Shown: positions 19,221 to 28,817, counted from the stretch's first letter. The stretch: 64,000 nucleotides of DNA from an uncultured Gemmatimonadales bacterium (GCA_963728915.1 CAVSLV010000001.1:1152001-1216000); one strand, 5' to 3'. Made by a program: numbers and translations. The notes: generated from the sequence alone by a model not told the origin.

Positions 19221-21070
19221 GACGGCTCTCCCATCTTGCGAACCCGATCTCGAACGTCGAGGAAACGGATGTCGAGCGCCGCGGCCTGCTCGTAGAGGGG
19301 CAGCGCCTCCGCTTTTCTGCCCTGCGATTCGAGCACTCTGCCAAGCCAGTAGAGCACGCCGAGCTTCTCCTCCTCTCCCTCGGTTCCGGTAGCCGCGCGG
19401 CGGAGCACCACTTCCGCAATCCCGTACTGCCCTTGTTCATAGAACGCGATCCCGAGCTGTTCCGCCGCCTTGAGTCGCGGTCCGCCATGCGCGCGCAGCG
19501 CCTTCTGAAACTGCGCAATCGCTTCTTCGGTGAGACCCATCTCCTTGAAGGCGATACCCAGGTCATAGTGCGCTTCGAAGTCATCCGGCTCCAGCCGGGC
19601 TTCGACGCCACGCTTGAAATCGGCCAGCGCCTCCCGAAAAACCCGATCCTCGTCTTCGTCGACCTCCTTTTCCTCCACCCGGATCCGGACATCCCGGGTC
19701 GTCCCCGGATCCTCCAGAATCAAGGCGCCAAGATCCACGAACCTTGGGGCGGGCGCCGGCGCCCGCTGCGATGACGAGATCGTGGCAAGTCCGTGCTGGG
19801 CCGCCTCGTTATCGGCCTCGTGTGCGAGCACTCGCCGGTAGACCAGCGCCGCCTGCGAGGGATTGCCCAATCGGGCCAGGGCACCGGCAAGATTCAGGTA
19901 GGAATCGATCAGGACCTCGCGGTCCCCCGAAAAATAGGCCAATTCCACCCGCTTTTGATACCGGGGAATGGAAGCAGGCTCGAGCTCGATGAGGCTGGCA
20001 GCCACCTCGAGGGCTTCGGGCCACCGACTTTCGGCCTCCAGGTCGCGGAGGGTGGCCTCGAGGGAAGAGATGTTCCCGCTCGGAAGGGCGGGAGCTGGTT
20101 TGATCCCGCCTCGACGAGGCGCCCCCGATTCGGCGGTGATGAGCTCCTCGTCACCCACTTCGACCCGGGTCGAGTCAGCTCCGAATTCCGGGCCTTCGGG
20201 AACATCCTGGTGATAGGCGGCGCTCTGGTGTGCGGACACGCCAGGATCGAGCGCCGAAGCACTATTGGGATGGTCATCCCGGGCTGGATCGGCGTGCTCG
20301 GGGACCAGCGATTCGGATCCGGCGCCGACCAGCCGCTCCCCGCCCCCACCTTCCCCGGACTCGGTCTCCAGGCCCTCCGGAGACATGCTGAAACCGGTAT
20401 CGAGAAAGATCAAGTCGTTGTGAAAAGCGACCCCGCGACCGAGATGTTCCGGGCCGCTCCCGTGCTCGCCCCTGGTGGGGGCATTGCTATCCCCGCGGAA
20501 GGCGGACCCGTCGTATCCCGCCTCCAGATTCGCAGCAAGGTCCCCGAATTCGGGCTCGTTTTCGAATCCCGGAGCGGACCGAAGCAGCTCGGCCAGCATC
20601 CCCCGGGTTTCGGGGTTGGAAGCGAACCGGTCCGCGAAGGACCGGAACGCCCGCAGGGCCTCTTCGCGTTGCGCGGTGTTCTGCATTCGCGCCAAGTAAT
20701 CGCTGAGGTTCCGGCGGGCTTCTCCGGTAAAATTCTTTCTCGCGTGGAGCTGCGCGAGCCTCAGGTAGGTTGGGGTCCGATTGGAATCAATGCGGAGGAT
20801 CTTCCCGCATAGTGCTATGGCGTTGTTGAAGAAGCCCTGGTCAGTGTACAGCTCGGCGGCCTCTTCATAGGCACGGAGAGCCGCCATGAAATCGCCGGCT
20901 TTGAGCTGGAGATCTCCCACCCGGTTGTACAGCCCGGGATCCTGGATCGGCTCTCCCCCACCCGAGGCTTCCGCCTCCCGGATGGCCTGGAGATACACAT
21001 CGATCGCGCGGCGCCAGTCCTCGCGCTGCTCATACTTCCGGGCGGCCTCTTTGAGCTTGTCGAGGTTCAT
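19217..21070 (-). CDS. Large tetratricopeptide-repeat protein
   Basis: N-terminal TPRs (LYNRVGDL, GFFNNAIALCGKILR), an acidic disordered middle, and C-terminal TPRs HYDLGIAFKEMGL.EEAI..FQKA ... FLDVRDR. Confidence 0.85.
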   Translation of the reverse strand: MNLDKLKEAARKYEQREDWRRAIDVYLQAIREAEASGGGEPIQDPGLYNRVGDLQLKAGDFMAALRAYEEAAELYTDQGFFNNAIALCGKILRIDSNRTPTYLRLAQLHARKNFTGEARRNLSDYLARMQNTAQREEALRAFRSFADRFASNPETRGMLAELLRSAPGFENEPEFGDLAANLEAGYDGSAFRGDSNAPTRGEHGSGPEHLGRGVAFHNDLIFLDTGFSMSPEGLETESGEGGGGERLVGAGSESLVPEHADPARDDHPNSASALDPGVSAHQSAAYHQDVPEGPEFGADSTRVEVGDEELITAESGAPRRGGIKPAPALPSGNISSLEATLRDLEAESRWPEALEVAASLIELEPASIPRYQKRVELAYFSGDREVLIDSYLNLAGALARLGNPSQAALVYRRVLAHEADNEAAQHGLATISSSQRAPAPAPRFVDLGALILEDPGTTRDVRIRVEEKEVDEDEDRVFREALADFKRGVEARLEPDDFEAHYDLGIAFKEMGLTEEAIAQFQKALRAHGGPRLKAAEQLGIAFYEQGQYGIAEVVLRRAATGTEGEEEKLGVLYWLGRVLESQGRKAEALPLYEQAAALDIRFLDVRDRVRKMGEPS

Positions 21071-21090
21071 GGGTTCCCGGAAAGTACGGG

Positions 21091-22620
21091 CTAAACAGTC
21101 TCTGGGCCAGCAGTTAGGTCGAAGTGCCCCACTCGAAGGGCAGCCGCCAGTTTTTCCAGGTCAAGGCCCACGGGCCGGTCCTGGTCCAGGCGCGGTACGC
21201 CGAAATCGGAATGCCGAACCTGCCGATAGAGTTGCTCGACGCCGGTTCCAGCCCGGAGCGGGCGGTGGTACTCCAGCGCCTCCGCCCCGGTGAGCAACTC
21301 GGCCGCCACCACCCGCTGGGCATTGGCGAGGATTCGACGGGTTTTGAATGCAGCAGCCATGCCCATCGGGACAAAGTCCTCCTGATTGGCATCCGTGGGG
21401 ATCGATCCAATGCTCCCGGGATAGGCGAGCGTGCGAGATTCCGCGACCAGGGATGCCGCAGTGATTTGCACCATCATGAAACCCGAGCTGATGCCAGGCT
21501 CCCGGGTGAGGAAGGCCGGGAGCCCTTGCGACAAGTCCGGATTGACCAGCCGCTCGATCCGTCGCTCGGCGAGCCCTTGCAGCGTAACGAGCGCGATCCC
21601 GAGGAAATCGAGGGCCTGGGCAATCGGCTGGCCATGGAAGTTTCCCCCCGAGAGAATCTCACCCTCGCCGAGAACGAGCGGGTTGTCGGTTGAGGCGTTC
21701 AGCTCGATTTCCACGGTCTCCCGCGCAAAGCGGATCGCATCAGCCACCGCGCCCAGGACCTGGGGGCTGCACCGGAGACTGTAGGCATCCTGCACCCGGG
21801 GATCGTTCTCGCGATGGGACTCCCGGATTTCGCTTCCAGCCAGCAACTGGCGCATCAGGCCGGCGGCGAGGACTTGTCCCGGATGGGGCCGTTGTTCGTG
21901 GATCCGGGGATCGAACGGGACCGGTGTTCCCCGAAGCCCCTCGAGGCTCAGGGCGGCGGCGGCCACACTGGTCCGCCAAAGCACCTCGGCATCGTGAACC
22001 AGGAGGGCCAGGATCGCGGTCTGGGCCTGGGTTCCGTTGATGAAGGCAAGCCCTTCCTTGGGCGCGAATCGGAATGGTACGAGGCCAGCGATCCGGAGCG
22101 CCTCAGCGGCCGGGATCCGCGCCCCAGTCCGGGTGAACACGTCGCCCTCGCCGAGCAGCGCAAGGCCGAGGTGAGCGAGGGGGGCCAGGTCTCCACTCGC
22201 TCCGACACTTCCCTGCTCCGGAACGACGGGGAGCACGCCCGCGTTCAGGAGCGCGGCGAGCGCCTGCGGGAGTGCGGGACGGACTCCGCTGGTCGGACGG
22301 AGGAGCACATTGGTGCGAAGGAGCATCATCGCGCGGACGATTTCTGCCGGGAGCGGTTCGCCGACCCCTGCCGCGTGGCTCCGGAGCAGGTTGAGCTGGA
22401 GCTGATCCAGGCGATCGGGGGCAATTCGCACCTCGGCGAGCTTGCCGAATCCGGTGTTCACGCCATAGAGGGGGCGTCCCGAGGCAATCGCCCGTTCCAC
22501 CGCCTCGCGGCTCCGGGCCAATCCAGCGAGGGCCTGGCCGTCGAGATCCACCGTCGTGCCGGGATCGCGCGCTACCCGGACGACCTCCGCCAACCTGAGC
22601 GAGCGCCCGTCGAGGGCCAT
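21091..22620 (-). CDS. hutH: Histidine ammonia-lyase
   Basis: YGVNTGFG, LQLNLLRSH, GSVGASGDLAPLAH (ASG MIO motif), VQDAYSLRC, SGGNFHG, NQED. Confidence 0.95.
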   Translation of the reverse strand: MALDGRSLRLAEVVRVARDPGTTVDLDGQALAGLARSREAVERAIASGRPLYGVNTGFGKLAEVRIAPDRLDQLQLNLLRSHAAGVGEPLPAEIVRAMMLLRTNVLLRPTSGVRPALPQALAALLNAGVLPVVPEQGSVGASGDLAPLAHLGLALLGEGDVFTRTGARIPAAEALRIAGLVPFRFAPKEGLAFINGTQAQTAILALLVHDAEVLWRTSVAAAALSLEGLRGTPVPFDPRIHEQRPHPGQVLAAGLMRQLLAGSEIRESHRENDPRVQDAYSLRCSPQVLGAVADAIRFARETVEIELNASTDNPLVLGEGEILSGGNFHGQPIAQALDFLGIALVTLQGLAERRIERLVNPDLSQGLPAFLTREPGISSGFMMVQITAASLVAESRTLAYPGSIGSIPTDANQEDFVPMGMAAAFKTRRILANAQRVVAAELLTGAEALEYHRPLRAGTGVEQLYRQVRHSDFGVPRLDQDRPVGLDLEKLAAALRVGHFDLTAGPETV

Positions 22621-22621
22621 A

Positions 22622-25600
22622 TCAGGGCTCCCGTTGGATCGTGGTCTGATTGTACTTGTAGTTGAGGTCGGGCAAGTCGGTGAGAAAGATGGCGAAATAG
22701 AAGGCGAAGTTCCCGTTGGGGCTCCGCACGAAGTTGAACGAGGCGCGCCATTCGTGAAGATCGCGGGTGAGCTGGATCTGCTGGGATTCGAACTGGTGCT
22801 GCGCGGTGTTGTACTGGGTTGACCAGGCCACGCCCCAGAAGCGGGTGGGAGAAAACCGGGTGTTGAGACCGATGCTGCTGTTCGTGGTTCCCTCGACGCC
22901 CAGGGCCTCGTTGGCGCGGGTCCGCGAGATATTCAGGGTGACATTCGCGGTGAACGACTGGCCGCCGCGGGTCAGGCTCTGATTGGGCTGCATCAAAGTA
23001 TTGTGACGGATGGATCCCGGTCCGGGAATTCCCCCGAGGCCCAGGGGCTGGTCGAACCCGACGGGTTGCTGGGGAGCGGTGGGGCGATGGGCCAGACCGA
23101 ACACCGCGCCGATGGAGCGGAGGGTGTTCTCGGTGATGGAAAAAGCGGTACTCACACTCTGCAGAAAGGGGCTGAACCTGGTCCCCTTCACGCCCGCCGG
23201 ACCATCCCACAAATCGTGGGTCACATTCAGGGTGAAACCCGGCACCAGATCGCTGGCCAGCACGTTGTTCAACGTCTGGGTGGCCCAGCCGGTATGGCCC
23301 TCCTGCTTGGCTTGCTCGAAGTCGTAGGTGATGCCGCTGGTGTTGATGCTCAGGATCCGGAACTTCCGCACGTTGGTCCCGGCGGTATCTCCGGGGGCCG
23401 GTCGCCCCTTTCCTTCGATGTTCTGACTCAGCTGCAGGGAGACGCTCTGGGTCGCGGGGCTGCTGAGGGTGAACGGACGCCCTGGTCCGGCCACCGCGCG
23501 GGCGTATTCCTCGGATACGGTCGCCTCGGGGGAATAGTTCCACGAAATGATCGGAGAAATGCTGTGGCGAATCCTGGTGATTCCGCCGATCCCGGGGAAG
23601 AAGGCGAAGAAGGTGGGCGCGATGGAGAGCCCGAACCTGGGGCGAATGCCCTGATGCACGAATCGCCCGTCGGTGAGGGCATTTCGCACCGCAAACGGCC
23701 CGGTCGTCGCATTCGAGATCCCCAGCGTCGGCTGCAGCTTCCAGGTCGAGCGGAAGAGGATCGGGAGCGCCAGCGAGGTATTCCAATTGAAGGTGCTGCC
23801 GAAGCCACCATTGCGATACTGGGTCACCGTGATGGAGTCCGCCGGGTTGGTCGAGTTGGGATCGGGAATCCGGAAGGTACCCGAAATCCTCCCAGTGGAG
23901 TCGGCGTCGCTCACATCGAAGGAAAGGGGAAGATTGAAGGACCCGATCCGGATCGGAGTCTGGACGGAGAGCGCGGAATTCCTCGTGCTGCCGGTCTGGG
24001 CGACGCTGTCGACCGCCCCGAAGGCCCCACCGGGAACCAGGAGAACGGGAAGCTGGGTCTTGAAGGTGTAACGGTTGTTGAAATTCAGGGAGGGAGACCA
24101 GGTCACGCTCCGGCCGAAATCGAGCGGCTTCGGAGTCAGGGTCACGGTCGGGAGGGTCATTTCCCCGCTCCCGTCGGTGATGTTCTCGCGCCGGGTCAGG
24201 CCGGTGGTGAACTGTCCCCAGGGGAATCGCTTGACGAAGGCGCCATTGCTGCTGATCTGCTGGGTGGTCACCAGGGGATCGATCGAGTTCCGGGCAATGA
24301 CCGAGGAATTCGTCGAATAGTGCATGTCGAGGTTCAGCGAGGTCGTCACGTTGAATTGCTGCATGTGACGCCAATCGATGCTCCTCGCCACGCTCCCCCC
24401 GGATTCATGGTGTTCGGTGTAGCTGGCCGAGCCGCCGAGAAAGCGGTTCCGGATCTTGTAGCCGAGCGTCGTGCTGAAGGCGAGATACCGCCGGCTGAAC
24501 CAGTCCATCTGGAACTCGGCGTCCATGTAGTCGTTGGGCGCCCAGTAATAACCGATGTTGCTGACCTGGCGGTTATAGCCCCGCTGGTTGCGGACGATGT
24601 CGTTAAATCCGAACTGGGGAATCAGGATGCCCGAGCGCCGCCCCGTCTTGGTGTCCTGGAACAGAAAAGGCACCCAGAGAATCGGGACGTCGCGGACATA
24701 GAGCACCGCGGGCCGCGCCACGATGACCGACTGGGACACCCATTTGATTTCGCCGGTCTGGAAATGGTAGTGCGGAATCGGCAGGTCACAACTGGTCATT
24801 TCCGCGTGGCTGCCGTAGAGCCGGCTGCGGCTCGAATCCACCGCAAGGTTGCCCCGGACGAACCAGTTGGCCCCCTGTTCCGGAAACGTGGTGAGCGCCT
24901 CCCGGACCACGCCCCGCTCGATACAGGTGTCGAACCGGGCTTCGGTGCCGATCAGCACCTGGGTTCCCTGAAAAAAATGGGGCTCCCCCAGGGCCTCGAT
25001 CAGGCATTGTCCTTCCTGGTAGCGAATGGTCTTCGCTTCGAGCACCGCCCCGGAACGCTCGGTGCTCGCGTTGCCGTGGAGCTCGACCCGACGATCGGTG
25101 TTCTCGACCGTGGCTGTATCCGCCTGGTAGCGGGTGACCGCGTAGCCACGGAGATCGAGAAGTTGCTGAATGATCGAATCCGGGGTGGGAAACTGCCGGC
25201 GTGGCGCGGAGGGCAACCCCAGCCGGCGGGCACTCGCGGTATCGAGCTGACGGACCGGAGGTCGGGTCGTGTCCCCCGGTTGCTGCTGGATGGGCAATAC
25301 CGGCTGCTGGGCTTCGCTCCGGCCCGGCAGGCAGCAGAGGAGCAGGATCATCGCCGCCCCGGCGCCGGCCCGGGCAGCTCGGTCCCGCCGGCGCTGGACC
25401 GCCCATACTCCGACCACCCCGATCTCGTAGAGGAACAGGAGCGGAATGGTGAGCATGAACATCGACAGGACATCGGTCCCGGGCGAGAGCACGGCGCCGA
25501 GGACAAAGCTGCCGACGATGGCGTAGGGCCGGATCTTGTTGAGAATGGGGACCCGCAGGATCCCCAGGGCGGCCAGGATGATCATCAGCAGGGGCAGCTC

Positions 25601-26113
25601 GAACGAGAGTCCGAGGGCCAGGACCAGCTGAATCACGAACGAGAAATAGTTCTCGAAGGTGATCATGGTGGCGAATGAGCCCTGCTGGAATCCCAGCAGG
25701 ACCCGGAGGGCCTGGGGGACGACGAAGATGAAGGCCAGCACCCCGCCGCTCAGAAAGAGCAGCAGGCCGACGAACAACGCGGGCACCAGGGTCTTCTTTT
25801 CCCGCTCGTACAGCGCCGGCGATAGAAAGGCCCAGAGCTGCCACAGAATCACCGGGGAAGCGAGCACCAGGCCGGTGATGAACCCGAGCTTGAGGGTGAT
25901 CATCAGGGGCTCGGTCGGGGAGGTCACCATGAGCTGACCGCTCGGCAGGAGCGGCGCGATCGGTCCCTTGATGACGCCGACCAGGTCGAACCGGTTGACC
26001 AGCCAGAGCCCGATGGCGAAACCCACGATGACGGCGACCAGGCTCCAGAGAATGCGTTTCCGCAGCTCCTCGAGATGATCGAGGAACGGCATCTCTCCAG
26101 TCCCGCGTGGCAT
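22622..26113 (-). CDS. tatC: TatC-LptD fusion: full TatC (aa ~1-240), internal signal-like linker (aa ~240-268), LptD-like outer-membrane LPS assembly protein (aa ~269-1163)
   Basis: TatC motifs MPFLDHLEELRKR, WQLWAFLSPALY, GLSFELP, SPGTD and LYEIG. LptD motifs TSCD...PHYHF, ARPAVLYV..VPILWVPF, RRSGILIP.FG, GYYWAPNDY and RDLHEWRASF. No stop codon between the two parts. Confidence 0.9.
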   Translation of the reverse strand: MPRGTGEMPFLDHLEELRKRILWSLVAVIVGFAIGLWLVNRFDLVGVIKGPIAPLLPSGQLMVTSPTEPLMITLKLGFITGLVLASPVILWQLWAFLSPALYEREKKTLVPALFVGLLLFLSGGVLAFIFVVPQALRVLLGFQQGSFATMITFENYFSFVIQLVLALGLSFELPLLMIILAALGILRVPILNKIRPYAIVGSFVLGAVLSPGTDVLSMFMLTIPLLFLYEIGVVGVWAVQRRRDRAARAGAGAAMILLLCCLPGRSEAQQPVLPIQQQPGDTTRPPVRQLDTASARRLGLPSAPRRQFPTPDSIIQQLLDLRGYAVTRYQADTATVENTDRRVELHGNASTERSGAVLEAKTIRYQEGQCLIEALGEPHFFQGTQVLIGTEARFDTCIERGVVREALTTFPEQGANWFVRGNLAVDSSRSRLYGSHAEMTSCDLPIPHYHFQTGEIKWVSQSVIVARPAVLYVRDVPILWVPFLFQDTKTGRRSGILIPQFGFNDIVRNQRGYNRQVSNIGYYWAPNDYMDAEFQMDWFSRRYLAFSTTLGYKIRNRFLGGSASYTEHHESGGSVARSIDWRHMQQFNVTTSLNLDMHYSTNSSVIARNSIDPLVTTQQISSNGAFVKRFPWGQFTTGLTRRENITDGSGEMTLPTVTLTPKPLDFGRSVTWSPSLNFNNRYTFKTQLPVLLVPGGAFGAVDSVAQTGSTRNSALSVQTPIRIGSFNLPLSFDVSDADSTGRISGTFRIPDPNSTNPADSITVTQYRNGGFGSTFNWNTSLALPILFRSTWKLQPTLGISNATTGPFAVRNALTDGRFVHQGIRPRFGLSIAPTFFAFFPGIGGITRIRHSISPIISWNYSPEATVSEEYARAVAGPGRPFTLSSPATQSVSLQLSQNIEGKGRPAPGDTAGTNVRKFRILSINTSGITYDFEQAKQEGHTGWATQTLNNVLASDLVPGFTLNVTHDLWDGPAGVKGTRFSPFLQSVSTAFSITENTLRSIGAVFGLAHRPTAPQQPVGFDQPLGLGGIPGPGSIRHNTLMQPNQSLTRGGQSFTANVTLNISRTRANEALGVEGTTNSSIGLNTRFSPTRFWGVAWSTQYNTAQHQFESQQIQLTRDLHEWRASFNFVRSPNGNFAFYFAIFLTDLPDLNYKYNQTTIQREP

Positions 26114-26128
26114 ACCGGTGGGAGGCTT

Positions 26129-26908
26129 CTAGTGAGGAAGGTTCTTCAGGCGCTCGCGGGCGATTTCAACGTCATCGGAACGGGGATAATCGCGAATGAG
26201 CCGCTCATAGTAGGTCCGGGCTGCGACCCGATCGCCCCGATTCTCTGCAAGTCGTCCTAGCCGGAGCAGAGCCGCGCTGGCCCGGGAAGATTTCGGGAAT
26301 TGACCGACCACCTGAGAGTAATAGGCGGCGGTGGAGTCGGGCGTCTGATCGCCGAACGTCTCGGCGATGTAATAGAGAGCATCGGGCGCCCGCGGATCCG
26401 AGGGATAGGTCTGCAGGAACTGCTGGTAGCCCGCCCGGGCGGTGCCGTTGGCGCCGCGGATATGCTGGTTTCTGGCGTTCTGGTACAGCTGGTCCGCGGT
26501 AGGACCGGGCGGGTGCCCGGCGCTGTCGCCCGGCGCGGCGCCCTGGCTCGCCACCGCCTGTTCGGCCCGGGCATCGAGCTGGGCCTTGAGCTGGGTCAAT
26601 CGGACCTGGCTCTGCCCGGTCAGCTCCTGGACCGCGATGAGCTGCCGCTGAATATCGGTCAGGTCCGATTGCAAACGGGCGTCCACGTTGGCGAGCGCCT
26701 GGCGCGTGGCGCCCAGCGAATCCATGATGCGATTCTGAAGGGTGAGCATGGAGGCGAGCGCCGCGGCGCGCGTGGAATCGCGCCGGGCGCTTTCAACCCG
26801 AAAGGAATGGAGCTCGGATTCGAGCAGCTGCACCTGTCCCTTCGTGGCACACCCCGAGAGCACGGCGCTGCCGGCCATCAGCAGAAACGCCGCACTCCGC
26901 CGTTTCAT
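26129..26908 (-). CDS. cpoB: Tol-Pal system protein CpoB/YbgF (lipoprotein, coiled coil plus TPR)
   Basis: LSGC lipobox, coiled coil, then YQQFLQTYP..APDALY and FPKSSRASAALLRLG. Directly follows pal. Confidence 0.9.
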   Translation of the reverse strand: MKRRSAAFLLMAGSAVLSGCATKGQVQLLESELHSFRVESARRDSTRAAALASMLTLQNRIMDSLGATRQALANVDARLQSDLTDIQRQLIAVQELTGQSQVRLTQLKAQLDARAEQAVASQGAAPGDSAGHPPGPTADQLYQNARNQHIRGANGTARAGYQQFLQTYPSDPRAPDALYYIAETFGDQTPDSTAAYYSQVVGQFPKSSRASAALLRLGRLAENRGDRVAARTYYERLIRDYPRSDDVEIARERLKNLPH

Positions 26909-27459
26909 CGGGGGCGGACCAGGGCGTTCCCGCCCGCGGTCACTTCGAATTCATCGCGCCGATTCAAGGCCCAGGCCGCCTCGGTCGAGGCCCGGTCAAT
27001 CGGGCGCTCCTCGCCATAGGACACGACGTCTATCCTGCTGGCATCGATGCCCCGGCCGGTGAGGTACGTCTTGGCGGCGTTGGCGCGCCGCTGGCCGAGG
27101 ACCTGGTTGTACTCGTCGGACCCGCGCTCGTCCGCGTGGCCCGAAATCCGAACCCGCACCGCGGGGTTGGCCCGCAACACCGCCGCCTTGCGATCGAGAA
27201 TCGCCTGATCCTCGGACCGGATATCCGCCTTGTCATACTCGAAATGAATCACGTTGCCAAGCTCCGCCATCATGCCGCGGGTCACGTCGGACGCGCTTTC
27301 GCCCATCGTGGGCGTGGGCGGAGGTGGGGGTGGTGTCGGCGCCGGACTGGGAGCGGGACTCGGCTGGGGGATCGGCTCGACCTCCGGAGCCTTCTTCTTG
27401 CAGGCGACTACGCCGATCGCCAGCAGCGCGAGCGGCACATAGACGTGTCGTCGGTGCAT
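26905..27459 (-). CDS. pal: Peptidoglycan-associated lipoprotein Pal (OmpA-like)
   Basis: VVAC lipobox; IHFEYDKADI, GHADERGSDEYN..LGQRRA, SYGEERP, NRRDEF. SD upstream of ATG 27459. Confidence 0.97.
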   Translation of the reverse strand: MHRRHVYVPLALLAIGVVACKKKAPEVEPIPQPSPAPSPAPTPPPPPPTPTMGESASDVTRGMMAELGNVIHFEYDKADIRSEDQAILDRKAAVLRANPAVRVRISGHADERGSDEYNQVLGQRRANAAKTYLTGRGIDASRIDVVSYGEERPIDRASTEAAWALNRRDEFEVTAGGNALVRPR

Positions 27460-27491
27460 TGTTCCTCTCCGTAGGAGTGAGGGGTCCTGGC

Positions 27492-28817
27492 CTACCGCGA
27501 ACTCCCCAGCGAGCGGGACCACGCGGGCAACCGTGCCGATGCCGGGGTCATGATCTGCCGGACCCGGCTGGTTTCGAGATCCACCACGAAGAGCTGCCGG
27601 CGGCCGGTGCGATGAGAGACGAACACGATGTGTCGCCCATCGGGCGCCCAGCTGGGGTCTTCGTTCCGGCTGAGGGAAGTCAGCTGCTTGAGACTCCGGC
27701 TCGCCAGGTCGTATACCATGATCTGCGGTACTCCTCCCACCTCGCGATGGAACACGATCGCGGCTCCATCGGGCGACCACTCGGGAGCGTTCGAGTTTCC
27801 CGTGCTCCCATAGTCGAAGGGGATCAGCAGACTCTGGTCGGCGCCATCCGACGACATCGAGTAGATCTGCTGCCCGCCAGCACGGGTGGAAACGAACACC
27901 ACCCGCCGTCCGTCAGGAGAATAGGCAGGCGAGAAGTTTTCTGCAAACCTTCCACCGGTCAATCGTTCGAGACAACACAGTGTCTGCGCGTTAGCGGCAT
28001 ACAAGGTGGCGCCATCTTCGCCGATCCGGGCGAACATCAGGGTGCGTCCATCGGGCGAAAACACCGGCGTGATGAACTGGCCCCCCGCGGTGCCCGCGAC
28101 GGTGGCCCGCTGCCCAGTGGCCAGCTGCTGCACCACCACTGGTTTGGTGCCATCCCGGTTGAATTGGGTGTAAACAATCCGAGTCGCGTCGGTGGACCAG
28201 GCGGGCGACATGGCCTCCACCCCCGCCGGCGTGACCGGCTCGAGGTTGGCCCCATCGCTATCGAGCCGCCAGGTCCGCTTGTCGTCATTGCTGAGGAACA
28301 GCATCCGGGTGGACGCGATCCCGTTCTGCCCGGTGATCAGTCGGACGATCTCGTCGGAGAGATTGTGGATCGACAACCGGCCGGCCCCGGTCCCGCTGGG
28401 ATCCAGGGTCACGATCAACTCGTTGCGCACCCGCTCGGCGGCGAGGTCGTGGATTCGGAGCACGGTCGCGGACCCCGGCGCCACCGAGAGCTCGACCGCA
28501 AAGGCGCCTCCCAGGGTCCGGTAGAACGCGTAATTGATCGGCTGGCCCGCGGCGGGGGCTTCGCTGCCGGAGACCTGGGAAAGCGGAATCACCTCGAAGC
28601 GATCGCTGTAGTCCAGATCCCGTTCGACGATCGCCTTGACCGAGTCGAGCCCGGGAGCGGGGAGAACCACGATCCCGGGCCGGATGCCCGGCTGGTAGGC
28701 GATCCCGACCCGGACGGTATCCTGGGCGCGGAGCAAACCGGCCGGGAGCCATAGGCCCAGCAGGAACAGACGCCACCACCGTCCGTCCGTCCGGCTGTCC
28801 CTCTGTCCGGTTGTCAT
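27492..28817 (-). CDS. tolB: Tol-Pal beta-propeller protein TolB
   Basis: IVERDLDYSDRF, G..GIASTR and multiple PD40 repeats (SPAWS, SPDGR, PSWAPDGR). Confidence 0.95.
   Translation of the reverse strand: MTTGQRDSRTDGRWWRLFLLGLWLPAGLLRAQDTVRVGIAYQPGIRPGIVVLPAPGLDSVKAIVERDLDYSDRFEVIPLSQVSGSEAPAAGQPINYAFYRTLGGAFAVELSVAPGSATVLRIHDLAAERVRNELIVTLDPSGTGAGRLSIHNLSDEIVRLITGQNGIASTRMLFLSNDDKRTWRLDSDGANLEPVTPAGVEAMSPAWSTDATRIVYTQFNRDGTKPVVVQQLATGQRATVAGTAGGQFITPVFSPDGRTLMFARIGEDGATLYAANAQTLCCLERLTGGRFAENFSPAYSPDGRRVVFVSTRAGGQQIYSMSSDGADQSLLIPFDYGSTGNSNAPEWSPDGAAIVFHREVGGVPQIMVYDLASRSLKQLTSLSRNEDPSWAPDGRHIVFVSHRTGRRQLFVVDLETSRVRQIMTPASARLPAWSRSLGSSR
28776..28815. repeat. Five degenerate octamer tandem units encoding the TolB N-terminus
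   Basis: CCACCGTC CGTCCGTC CGGCTGTC CCTCTGTC CGGTTGTC. Confidence 0.6.

Noticed and set aside
25369..25396. RRR in the TatC-LptD linker as a twin-arginine signal
   Set aside because: It lacks the S/T-R-R-x-F-L-K consensus and fits a generic basic n-region better.
23003..25678. 891-aa + strand ORF, and the alternative-frame minus ORFs 22572-24374 and 24786-25844
   Set aside because: Shadow frames of tatC-lptD with Arg/Pro/Gly-rich non-protein composition.
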